Shown here: piece by piece, positions 30,197-39,145 of the stretch
Numbering within the stretch: position 1 is the first letter of the stretch
Layout: each line of letters starts with the position of its first letter
Assembly: GCA_018303725.1 (NCBI GenBank)
Contig: JAGVXP010000050.1
Span: 13,579-77,578, forward strand
DNA from: Candidatus Woesearchaeota archaeon
Lineage (GTDB): Archaea; Nanobdellota; Nanobdellia; Woesearchaeales; JAGVXP01
DNA: 64,000 nucleotides
Reading direction: 5' to 3'
Made by a program: the position numbers and the translations under genes
Notes under the pieces: generated by a model
What the model saw: only the letters and a program-made list of their open reading frames with translations
Told to the model about the DNA's origin: nothing
Database searches by the model: none

Positions 30197-31168
30197 ATGG
30201 ATATTAAACTAATTTTAATGGTAATATCTCTTTTATTTTTGATAGGGTGTAAAGGAGGAACACAAGGACCTATAACTACAGTAGACATATACAAAGGTGT
30301 TGATGGTTTAAAAATGAATTTCCTAAAAAATGCTCCTTCTGACGAGGTTTTTGAAAACTCAGTTATGCCTGTGTATATAGAATTAAGAAATGAGGGGGCA
30401 TATAATATTGTGATGGGTTATTTGACTGTCAGTTTGGAAGAGGATTATATGGAAATAACAAATTGGCCGATAAAAAAGCCGATTACAGGTATTGTTTCGG
30501 ACAACCAGCTGGTTTTTGATTTAAAGGGAAAATCCAAGGTTAGTATAGAAGGGGAGCAGGGAATTGTGAGTTTAACAGCAAACACAAAAGCCATAGATGA
30601 GTTAAGCGAGAAACACACATCAACAATATTGGCTAGTGCCTGTTACGAATATGAAACCAAATTAAGCCAGACCGTGTGTATCGACACAGATGTATATAAC
30701 CTAAGAGAAACTGAAAAAGCATGTGAAGTTAAGGATATAAGCTTAACATCGCAGGGAGCGCCAGTTGCAATAACCAAGATAGAGACAGAGATGCTTCCTC
30801 ATCAAGATGTAGCTAAGATAAGGCCTCATTTTGTTATTTATGTGAGAAATAAAGGGAATGGCGAAGTGATTGACAGAGGTTATGTTGCAGAAGCGTGCTC
30901 TTCAGCTAAAATTAGCAAGGACAAATACAATGTTGTGGCTATAACCGCATTTTTATCAAATAAGCAGCTTGATTGTGACGTAACTGAAAGCGATATGATA
31001 GGCTACTTAAAACTAAAGGATAAGGAAGACACAATAAGGTGTGTTTTAGAGGAGGGTATTGAAGAGAGGGAAGGAACATACTCAACACCATTAAATATTG
31101 AACTGGATTATGGCTACACAGTCAGCATAGCAAAAGACATTGAAATAAAAAAAATAAGGAAGTATTAA
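30197..31168 (+). CDS. Putative lipoprotein, GAPV-motif paralog 1
   Basis: Signal peptide ending LIGC; CYEYET....VCID, SQGAPVAIT, TPLNIELDYGY. Confidence 0.75.
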   Translation: MDIKLILMVISLLFLIGCKGGTQGPITTVDIYKGVDGLKMNFLKNAPSDEVFENSVMPVYIELRNEGAYNIVMGYLTVSLEEDYMEITNWPIKKPITGIVSDNQLVFDLKGKSKVSIEGEQGIVSLTANTKAIDELSEKHTSTILASACYEYETKLSQTVCIDTDVYNLRETEKACEVKDISLTSQGAPVAITKIETEMLPHQDVAKIRPHFVIYVRNKGNGEVIDRGYVAEACSSAKISKDKYNVVAITAFLSNKQLDCDVTESDMIGYLKLKDKEDTIRCVLEEGIEEREGTYSTPLNIELDYGYTVSIAKDIEIKKIRKY

Positions 31169-31250
31169 TTCTTCATATGCTGTTTTAATCAAAAGATTTA
31201 TACGGGGGAAGGGGGTTTACATTTTCTGTGTATAAAACTCTTAGAAACAA

Positions 31251-31313
31251 AGAAATTCCGAAAGAATTTCTGGTTCCAGAAATGCAAAGCATTTCTCGGA
31301 ATCTCCGATTTCC
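31251..31313. repeat. REP-like triple palindrome cassette
   Basis: AGAAATTC-CGAAA-GAATTTCT, AGAAATGC-AAA-GCATTTCT, GGAATC-TCC-GATTTCC. Confidence 0.75.
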
Positions 31314-31354
31314 CAAAAGATTTATATATAAAAGATATCCAGTAGTAATTAAAA

Positions 31355-32311
31355 ATGAACAGGAAATTAACGATAGTTATAGGTGTTGCTATAATTCTGA
31401 TATTTATTTTTGGTTGCGGCACCGGTAAAAGGGACAGGCCAGGAGAAGGAGATTATGATTATAGAACCGGTTCAAATGGGCTTACATTAAATTTTCCTGT
31501 TGGAACAATAACACAGGCCTTTGAAAATGACCCAGAAGTAAAAATGGTGGTTGAAGTAAGAAATGAAGGCGCATTTCCCCAGTTTGATGAAACAGGCCTT
31601 AACGGCAGGATATGGGTAGGGGGTTTCGATCCTAACATAATCGATTTGAGGCCTGAAACTGACTTATTGGATGAAGAAGAGCTAGAGGGAAGAAGCCAGT
31701 ATAACAGACAGGGGGGTTATAGCGGAATTGTAATTTCTGGTCCTGTTTATCAGTTTCCTCCTGGAACTACATACTATGACCCCACACTTATGGTCACTGT
31801 TACATATGAGTACAAAACAATAGCAAGCCCAATAGTTTGTATTGACCCCGAACCAAGAAGCACTAATATTAGGGATAAAGTATGTGATATTACTAATTAT
31901 GGCTCAGTAAGCATTAGTTCAAGTCAAGGAGCTCCAGTTGCTGTTACAAGAATGGAGGAAGATGCAACACATGATGCAATCTTATTTAAAATATACATAC
32001 AGAATGTTGGAGGGGGTTTAATAATTAATGAAAATGATGTTGATAAAAACCCAAATAGCGGCTATGATTGGGATGAATTAAATAAAGTCCGAATAGCTGA
32101 TATAAGTGTAGGCAATAGAAGGGTCACTCAATGCAGGCCCGATATAGGCGAATTTGTTGATTTGCTTAATAACGAAGGGTTTATATTCTGCAAATTCTCA
32201 ACAGCCGGACTAAGTTCAGTTTATACAACCCCATTAAACATAGAACTCGAGTATGCTTATGCAAATTCAATTGAAAGAAGAATTGAAATCTTTGAAGAAG
32301 TAGAATATTAA
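31355..32311 (+). CDS. Putative lipoprotein, GAPV-motif paralog 2
   Basis: Signal peptide ending IFGC; YEYKT....VCIDP, SQGAPVAVT, TPLNIELEYAY. Confidence 0.75.
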   Translation: MNRKLTIVIGVAIILIFIFGCGTGKRDRPGEGDYDYRTGSNGLTLNFPVGTITQAFENDPEVKMVVEVRNEGAFPQFDETGLNGRIWVGGFDPNIIDLRPETDLLDEEELEGRSQYNRQGGYSGIVISGPVYQFPPGTTYYDPTLMVTVTYEYKTIASPIVCIDPEPRSTNIRDKVCDITNYGSVSISSSQGAPVAVTRMEEDATHDAILFKIYIQNVGGGLIINENDVDKNPNSGYDWDELNKVRIADISVGNRRVTQCRPDIGEFVDLLNNEGFIFCKFSTAGLSSVYTTPLNIELEYAYANSIERRIEIFEEVEY

Positions 32312-32325
32312 AGGAGGTTAAAAAA

Positions 32326-33264
32326 ATGATAAAAAAGTATTTGGTTGCAATATCCCTGATTGGCTTGTTTTTTTTTGCTGTTGGGTGTAACGAACAAACA
32401 ACAGATTCTAAAGATGAAACACCATTTGTTGGTGGGACTGCTGGACTTTTGATAGATTTTGTTGAAGACAGCCCGCCAGCAGAAGTTACAGATGGCGGAA
32501 ATTTCCCTTTTGATGTAGTTGTCAAATTAGAGAATGATGGAGAGCACTTTGTAGCAAAAGAGGATGTTGTATTAAAAATTACAGGTATCGACCCAGCTGA
32601 ATTTGGCAGAACTGCGTCTGATTTAACAAAAAACCCGGATGAAGACCTAGAGGAAACAAAGAAAGACGCTGAAGGGAATATAATTGACGGAACAATAACC
32701 TTTGTTGAATTCCAAAATTTCAATTATTTGAATAACTTAAGCGGAAACACGCCATTTACCTTCAAAGTTGATGTTTGCTATAAATACGGAACAACTGTTA
32801 ATGCCAAGTTATGTGTATTAAAAGACCTGTTGAAGCCGGAAGAGAGCGATGTTTGTAAAGTGAATGAAGCTAAAACTGCCTACAATTCTGGCGCACCTGT
32901 GCAGATAACATCGTTTGAAGAGATGGTGAGGGGAAGCGACAAAGTAGCATTCAGCTTTAAGATAGAGCATAAGGGAAACGGGGAGATATTCAAGGAGGAT
33001 ACAGATTGTGATTCTGGGATAAGGACAGACGAGGACAAGGTGTTTGTAAATGTTAATACAAACATGACTGGTTTAAGTTGCTCTGGTTTAAGCAATGGAA
33101 CAAGCGGTTATGTAAACCTGTATAGTAATGATAGGACAATCATATGTACCCAGGATCTGTCTGACGTCACTACCGATTTTGAAAAGGTAGCTGTTATAGA
33201 ATTAGTGTATGATTACCAGGAAGACAAACAGAAAGAGGTATTGGTAAAGCACCTTATAAGCTGA
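32326..33264 (+). CDS. Putative lipoprotein, GAPV-motif paralog 3
   Basis: Signal peptide ending AVGC; CYKYGT....LC, NSGAPVQIT, IELVYDY. Confidence 0.75.
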   Translation: MIKKYLVAISLIGLFFFAVGCNEQTTDSKDETPFVGGTAGLLIDFVEDSPPAEVTDGGNFPFDVVVKLENDGEHFVAKEDVVLKITGIDPAEFGRTASDLTKNPDEDLEETKKDAEGNIIDGTITFVEFQNFNYLNNLSGNTPFTFKVDVCYKYGTTVNAKLCVLKDLLKPEESDVCKVNEAKTAYNSGAPVQITSFEEMVRGSDKVAFSFKIEHKGNGEIFKEDTDCDSGIRTDEDKVFVNVNTNMTGLSCSGLSNGTSGYVNLYSNDRTIICTQDLSDVTTDFEKVAVIELVYDYQEDKQKEVLVKHLIS

Positions 33265-33265
33265 T

Positions 33266-34228
33266 TTAGTTTATTCCTGCCAATGTTATTTGGCTTAGCA
33301 AAGCCTCTAACTGTATAAACTCGTCGCTTCCCTCAGTCATTCTAAACTCTATCTCGCCGCATTTCTCTATAAGTTCCATCTTCTTCCTGTTGTCAATGTC
33401 TAAATTCAGAATTTCTTTTTGGATTTGTTTTATTATATCCAGTCCTGACAAGCCGTAATTAAGCATTACATCCAATAATTTTTTTCTTGATTCAACAAAC
33501 TTGTTCTGCAAAGCAAGCTTCAAAACCTCATCCACCTCTTTCGGATGCGCCATAGAAGCCAAAGAGTATATAATCTCTTCAGTTATATGTTTCTCAATTG
33601 CCGCGGAGCTTTGTAATATATTTTCAACCCTCCTGCAATCACCTTCCGATATTTCATATAGGGCTTCCTTTGCTTTGTCATTTACTTTCAATTTTTCTTC
33701 TTTAGAAACATGCTCTATAATTGAGAGTATCTCCTTTTTGTCTAATGGTTTAAATCTAAAAACAACACATCTGCTTTGAATTGGTTCAACTATCTTAGAG
33801 CTGTAATTACAGGCTAAAATAAACCTGCAGGTTTGTGTATAGTTCTCCATTGTCCTTCTTAAAGCCTGCTGCGCTTCTTTTGTCAGGGCATCACATTCAT
33901 CCAAATAAATAATCTTAAAAGGAACATCTCCTATTGCCCTCGTCCTTGCAAAATCCTTAACTTTAACCCTTATTATATCAATTCCCCTTTCATCGCTTGC
34001 ATTTAACTCCAAAAAATTCTGATGCCATGCATCTTTGAATAATTTCCTTGCTATGATTAATGCCAAAGAAGTTTTACCAGTGCCAGCAGGACCCGCAAAC
34101 AATAAATGAGGCATATTTTCCTGTTTAACAAATGCCTCTACTCTTTTTACTATTTCTTTTTGCCCCTTCAACTCAGAAAAATCTTTTGGCCTGTATTTTT
34201 CAATCCAAATTGCATTATCTTCAGTCAT
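33266..34228 (-). CDS. rfcS: Replication factor C small subunit
   Basis: W.EKYRP, GPAGTGKT, ELNASDERGI, LDE.D, QSRC motifs; no intein. Confidence 0.98.
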   Translation of the reverse strand: MTEDNAIWIEKYRPKDFSELKGQKEIVKRVEAFVKQENMPHLLFAGPAGTGKTSLALIIARKLFKDAWHQNFLELNASDERGIDIIRVKVKDFARTRAIGDVPFKIIYLDECDALTKEAQQALRRTMENYTQTCRFILACNYSSKIVEPIQSRCVVFRFKPLDKKEILSIIEHVSKEEKLKVNDKAKEALYEISEGDCRRVENILQSSAAIEKHITEEIIYSLASMAHPKEVDEVLKLALQNKFVESRKKLLDVMLNYGLSGLDIIKQIQKEILNLDIDNRKKMELIEKCGEIEFRMTEGSDEFIQLEALLSQITLAGIN

Positions 34229-34264
34229 CAGGAAAATAGAAATGCTACTAGTTTAAATAATTAA

Positions 34265-34528
34265 CTAAATAATATCCTCTTCAGCAATAACCATAAAATC
34301 CCCAACAGCAATTACAGCTGAAAATGGTATCAGAATCTTGCCTTCCTTGTTCTTCTCCAGCTCTAATTTTTCAGTGTATGATGTTGGGTTAGTCAGAACC
34401 ATGTGAATTAGCTCACCAGACCTGGTTTCAAATATGATGTCGCCTACCTCGCCAAACCTCTTACCCGTTTTAGAAACAACAGTTTTACCTATAAGTTGTT
34501 TTGAAAATTTTTTATCTTCTTCAGCCAT
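34265..34528 (-). CDS. PRC-barrel domain protein (CdpB-like)
   Basis: LIGK.VV...G...G.V.DI.F....G and IPFSAV.AVGD patterns. Confidence 0.85.
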   Translation of the reverse strand: MAEEDKKFSKQLIGKTVVSKTGKRFGEVGDIIFETRSGELIHMVLTNPTSYTEKLELEKNKEGKILIPFSAVIAVGDFMVIAEEDII

Positions 34529-34562
34529 ATTATACCCCTCTTTAATTAAATAACTGAATAAT

Positions 34563-35438
34563 TTAAGTTATATTTAAATCTTTTGTTTTGTTATTCTTTT
34601 TTCCATTATTGAGTAGTTCATTGAGCAGCTTCTTATCATAGCACGTATCCCTTACCCCACAGCCAGCGCATTTATTGGGATTGTCTGTAAAATCAGGTAT
34701 CTCTTCACTATCCAATATAGACTGTGTTTTTTTGATCAGCTCCTTTACATCATCTTTCAAGAAGGGGTTTATTGGGACATGCCTTCTCTCCTGGCTGTCT
34801 AGGTAATTGACAAAGCCCTCTTTTACAGGTATTTTGAAGTGCTCCTCTAACAGCAAAGCATAAGCGCCTAACTGTATCTTATGGTTCTCCCATACATCTT
34901 CTTTAGGTGCTTTTCCTGTTTTAAGCTCAACTGGCACAAAACCTGCTTCATATATCTCAATTTGGTCTATAACACCTTTAAGCTGCAATGAAGGCGCTTC
35001 TATCCTGTACTCTGATTTTATTTTGGGTGTTAATTTTTCCCATAGCTCTCTTCCATAAACCAAATGCATCTCCATAAAGCTATGAATGTTTAAGGCTCTT
35101 GACTCTGATTCTTTAAGAATTAAAGGCCATATCTTTTTAAAAATAGCACCTAAGTCCAGATTTAGCTTTTCCAGTAATTCCTTATTTTTCCTTATAGAAT
35201 CCCTCAATATCTCGCTAAACTCTTTCCTATACAGCTCTTTAATGTCCTTTAAACTCCTCTTTTCAGTTATTGAGCAGACTATGGGCCCTTCCTTATTAGT
35301 TATACCCTCATAGGTGTCATGCCTTACAGTGCCTAATACCATTGGGGCTTTGGGCGGCTCTCTGATACCAAGGACACAGCTTAGAAAAAGCTTTCTCTGA
35401 CAGTAAAGGTAAGAGGTTATAGTTGTGACTGAAATCAT
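34563..35438 (-). CDS. Stand-alone Cas4-like RecB-family nuclease
   Basis: YLYC.RK, G.ID..E..PVELKTG, QL.AY, C..C....C Fe-S cysteines; likely start ATG 35438; no cas1/cas2 or array nearby. Confidence 0.85.
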   Translation of the reverse strand: MISVTTITSYLYCQRKLFLSCVLGIREPPKAPMVLGTVRHDTYEGITNKEGPIVCSITEKRSLKDIKELYRKEFSEILRDSIRKNKELLEKLNLDLGAIFKKIWPLILKESESRALNIHSFMEMHLVYGRELWEKLTPKIKSEYRIEAPSLQLKGVIDQIEIYEAGFVPVELKTGKAPKEDVWENHKIQLGAYALLLEEHFKIPVKEGFVNYLDSQERRHVPINPFLKDDVKELIKKTQSILDSEEIPDFTDNPNKCAGCGVRDTCYDKKLLNELLNNGKKNNKTKDLNIT

Positions 35439-35461
35439 AAGTTTTGGTTTTATTTGCCCCT

Positions 35462-35490
35462 TTATATATCTTATGCGCATATGTCCAGTG
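35462..35490 (-). promoter_or_regulatory. Promoter with CACTGGACAT motif and TATA box (cas4-like gene)
   Basis: Minus strand CACTGGACATATGCGCATAAGATATATAA, about 24 nt before ATG 35438. Confidence 0.6.
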
Positions 35491-35542
35491 GTGGTGCATT
35501 TAACCAATAATTTTATAAATAACGCTTAAGTCCCTTATTAGT

Positions 35543-35752
35543 ATGGGTTCAAGATATTTTTCAAAAAGGACAGAATTCAAAAATATGAAGATGGCAAAGC
35601 AAAGAAGGCCTAGGCATAGGCCTAAATCCTTTAAAACAGAAGCAGCAGCAAAGAAATGGGTGGAAGCTAATAAAATAACTAAGTATACCTTAAGAAATTT
35701 AAAGAGTTCTGAAAGCAAAAGCAAGAAGATTGTGGTTGTTCTTAGTAAATAA
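35543..35752 (+). CDS. Small basic hypothetical protein
   Basis: 69 aa, TATA-like TTTTATAAA about 25 nt upstream, host-like codon usage. Confidence 0.65.
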   Translation: MGSRYFSKRTEFKNMKMAKQRRPRHRPKSFKTEAAAKKWVEANKITKYTLRNLKSSESKSKKIVVVLSK

Positions 35753-35792
35753 ACACCAAAATTTAAATACTAAAAACATTTCTTATTCATTT

Positions 35793-36857
35793 ATGGACAG
35801 GCTGGAATTAATCAAGCAAGTAGGAGAAGAGATTATTACAGAAGAAGAACTAAAAGAATTGTTGCAGAAAAAGAAAACCCCCGTTGCTTATGACGGCTTT
35901 GAGCCAAGCGGAAATGTCCATATCGCACAAGGTATTCTAAGGGCAATAAACATTAATAAGATGATTAAAGCTGGCTGCAAGTTCAAGATATTGATAGCTG
36001 ACTGGCATGCCTGGGCTAATAACAAGTTAGGTGGAAATTTAGATAACATACAAACTGCAGGCAAATATTTTATTGAAGTCTGGAAAGCGGTTGATGTTGA
36101 CCTTTCTAAGGTGGAATTTATATGGGCTTCTGAGCTGGTAAAGGATGATAGTTATTGGGCAAAGGTAATGCGGGTGGCAAGGCACAGCACTGTTAACAGG
36201 ATTGTCAGGTGCAGCCAGATAATGGGAAGGGATGAAAAAGAAGCATTGCAGGCATCTCAAATCTTATATCCATGCATGCAAGCAGCTGATATATTTCATT
36301 TGAATGTTGATATCACCCAGCTTGGCTTGGACCAGAGAAAGGTGAATGTGCTGGCAAGAGAACTTGGCCCTAAACTAGGCTATTGGAAGCCTGTTGCTGT
36401 CCACCACCATATGTTGATGGGTTTGGGGCAGCCGCCAAAATCGGAATTGGGTGGAGCTGAGCGCGCAATAGAGTTGAAAATGTCAAAATCAAAGCCTGAC
36501 ACAGCAATATTCATGACAGATTCCGAAGAAGATATCAAAAGAAAAATACAAAAAGCTTATTGCCCTGAAAAAGAGATAGAGGAAAACCCAATAATAGAGT
36601 ATTGTAAATATATTATTTTTGAAAAAATTAAAGAGTTAAAGATAGAAAGGCCCGCTAAGTTTGGCGGTGATTTGACAATAAGGGATTTTGATGAATTATC
36701 AGCTATCTACACCAAAGGAGAACTTCATCCAATGGACCTTAAACAAGCTGTTGCCAAGGAAATAAACAGGCTTTTAGAGCCTGTAAGAAAACATTTTGAA
36801 AAAGGAAAGGCCAAAGAATTATTAAGCAAGGTAAACAGCTTGGAAGTTACACGTTAA
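35793..36857 (+). CDS. tyrS: Tyrosine-tRNA ligase (archaeal type)
   Basis: YDGFEPSG..HIAQ, YP.MQ..D, G.DQRKV, KMSKS, LHPMDLK; start ATG 35793. Confidence 0.97.
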   Translation: MDRLELIKQVGEEIITEEELKELLQKKKTPVAYDGFEPSGNVHIAQGILRAININKMIKAGCKFKILIADWHAWANNKLGGNLDNIQTAGKYFIEVWKAVDVDLSKVEFIWASELVKDDSYWAKVMRVARHSTVNRIVRCSQIMGRDEKEALQASQILYPCMQAADIFHLNVDITQLGLDQRKVNVLARELGPKLGYWKPVAVHHHMLMGLGQPPKSELGGAERAIELKMSKSKPDTAIFMTDSEEDIKRKIQKAYCPEKEIEENPIIEYCKYIIFEKIKELKIERPAKFGGDLTIRDFDELSAIYTKGELHPMDLKQAVAKEINRLLEPVRKHFEKGKAKELLSKVNSLEVTR

Positions 36858-38056
36858 CTCTGCTCAACAACAGCCAAAGCATAGTTCTTTGTTAAATATT
36901 TTTTAGCTGCCGTAATAATATCATTTTTTGTTACTTTTCTGATATTTTTGATATAATCTTTAGCCAAGCCAGCATCCTTAACCTGCTGCCAATATGCATA
37001 CTCATCTGCCAACTCTCTTGTATCTTCATTGTCTAGTATGTACTGCCCTTCTAAAAAACCCTTAGCATCATTTAACTCCTTACTGCTAACATTGTTTAAA
37101 TTCTTAAAAACATCCATGATTATTTTTATTGTAAAATCTATGTTTTTCTTGTCCGTGTTCAAATAAACAGCAAAATAACCATAATCCATAGATGGCTCAT
37201 GAACAACATTGACCTCGTATGCTAAGCCCCTTTTATTCCTAATCTCTTCTATAATCTTACCAGATTGCCCCCTGCCAAGCAGAGCCTTAATCACATCCAA
37301 AACATAACTTTCCTTTTCCTTCCTGGTGGGGGTTTTATAACCTAATACAAGATAAGAGCTCAAAACCTTTCTTTTTTCTTTCCTAATTATTTTTTTGTTT
37401 AAAGGTTCTTTAACCTTCTTTAACTTAGCTATTTTTTTTGATTTGAATTTAAATGCCTCCCCCACCTTGGCCTTAACAGTATCAACATTCCCAACAACCG
37501 ATACAATAATATTGTTTGGCACATAATATTTTTTATAATAATCTAATAAATCTTTTCTGCTGATCTTCTTAACGCTATCTCTATTGCCATAAACAGGGTT
37601 CCTTGCTGGAAACTTCTTGAATAGTGCTTTATTAAACAAAATCCACTGGTAAAACCTTGGCTCGTCATTTACAAGATTTATCTCTTTTAGGATAATGCCC
37701 CTTTCCTTTTCTACTGCCTTCTTACCAAATAGGGGATTTTGTATTATATCGGATAAGATGTCAAGAGCTTTGCCAAAATGCCTTTTTGGAACCTTTACAT
37801 AAAAGCAAGTTCTTTCATTGGAGGTGTAGGCATTAAGCTCACCTCCAAGCTTTTCAATCTCGTTTGCTATTATTGTGGAGTTTTCCCTCTTAGCAGTCCC
37901 TTCAAAGAGCATATGCTCTATAAAGTGGGAAATGCCAAGAACTTTCTTAGCTTCATTGTTGGAGCCTGTTTTGACTATTATTACTATGCTTACTGAGTCT
38001 GTGTTTTTCCTCTCTTCTATCAAGGTTAGCTTATTTTTTAGAATTGTTTTTTTCAT
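36854..38056 (-). CDS. M16-family Zn peptidase
   Basis: HFIEH inverted zincin motif, NAYTS, IRNKRGLAY. Confidence 0.93.
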   Translation of the reverse strand: MKKTILKNKLTLIEERKNTDSVSIVIIVKTGSNNEAKKVLGISHFIEHMLFEGTAKRENSTIIANEIEKLGGELNAYTSNERTCFYVKVPKRHFGKALDILSDIIQNPLFGKKAVEKERGIILKEINLVNDEPRFYQWILFNKALFKKFPARNPVYGNRDSVKKISRKDLLDYYKKYYVPNNIIVSVVGNVDTVKAKVGEAFKFKSKKIAKLKKVKEPLNKKIIRKEKRKVLSSYLVLGYKTPTRKEKESYVLDVIKALLGRGQSGKIIEEIRNKRGLAYEVNVVHEPSMDYGYFAVYLNTDKKNIDFTIKIIMDVFKNLNNVSSKELNDAKGFLEGQYILDNEDTRELADEYAYWQQVKDAGLAKDYIKNIRKVTKNDIITAAKKYLTKNYALAVVEQS

Positions 38057-38098
38057 TATTAACAAGATTTAAATATGAGTATTTAATAGTTTTGCTTG

Positions 38099-39145
38099 AT
38101 GAATATCAAAGCTTTCCAAAGTGAATTAAAAAAAAGGAATGTGGACTTTGCATTGTTTTATAATGTTGATTATGACAAAACAAATGCAAATATGTTTTAT
38201 TTTTCTGGTTATAAAGGGATTGGAGCTTTGATAATAACAAAAAACAAAAGATTTCTTATAATTCCTAAAATGGAAATTGGAAGGGTAAAAGGGATAAAGG
38301 CATATATCTGGGACAAAGACCATAGATTATTTGAGTTTGTTAAAAAGAAGGTTAAAGGCAAGGTTATAGGCATTGACAAGAATGTTTTTACATTAAATGC
38401 TTATAAAGAGTTTAAAAAACAGTTTAAAAATGTCAAAACGGTGGATATAAGCAGTATATGTAATAAATTAAGAGCTATAAAAACTAACGAAGAGATTGGA
38501 ATAATAAAAGAAGCATGCAAAATAACAGACAACATACTAAAAAAATGCTTTAGTAATTTTAAAAAGTTTAGAAAAGAAACGGATGTTGCTGCTTTTTTGG
38601 AGAATGAAACAAAAAAATCAGGCTATGAATTGGCTTTTAACCCTGTTGTTGCCTCTGGCAAAAATGCTGCTGTGCCGCACCATGCCCCTGAAAATATTAA
38701 ACTAAAGAAAGGCTTTTGCGTTATTGACTTTGGCATTAAATACAAAGGATACTGCTCTGATGCAACAAGGACAATTTATATTGGCAGGCCCAAGGAGAAG
38801 GAGATAAGGCTGTATAACTTTTTATTAAGAATGCAAAAAGACGCAATAAAGAATGCAAAAATTGGAAAAAAGTGCTCTGATTTGTATAATAAGGTTAACG
38901 AAGATTTAAAGGAATACAAAAAATACTTTACTCATGGATTGGGGCATGGCATTGGCATTGATGTCCATGAGCTGCCAAACCTGACTGAAAAATCGAAAGA
39001 TATATTAAAGAGGGGTATGGCATTTACAATCGAACCGGGAATTTATTTCAAAAACCAGCTTGGCATAAGGATAGAGGATGATATTCTGCTGACAAAAAAA
39101 GCAGAGATTTTGACTAAAACAAAAAAAGGGTTGATGGTTATATGA
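38099..39145 (+). CDS. M24-family Xaa-Pro peptidase
   Basis: D.G..Y.GY.SD.TRT, HGLGHGIG..VHE, TIEPGIY, RIEDD motifs. Confidence 0.94.
   Translation: MNIKAFQSELKKRNVDFALFYNVDYDKTNANMFYFSGYKGIGALIITKNKRFLIIPKMEIGRVKGIKAYIWDKDHRLFEFVKKKVKGKVIGIDKNVFTLNAYKEFKKQFKNVKTVDISSICNKLRAIKTNEEIGIIKEACKITDNILKKCFSNFKKFRKETDVAAFLENETKKSGYELAFNPVVASGKNAAVPHHAPENIKLKKGFCVIDFGIKYKGYCSDATRTIYIGRPKEKEIRLYNFLLRMQKDAIKNAKIGKKCSDLYNKVNEDLKEYKKYFTHGLGHGIGIDVHELPNLTEKSKDILKRGMAFTIEPGIYFKNQLGIRIEDDILLTKKAEILTKTKKGLMVI

Noticed and set aside
31228-31428. 66-aa ORF, and the N-terminal extension of AroF at 19039-19104
   Set aside because: Both are translations through REP-like palindromes; better starts exist at 31355 and 19038.
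34563-35507. CRISPR-Cas locus suggested by the Cas4-like gene
   Set aside because: No repeat-spacer array and no other cas genes seen in the window.
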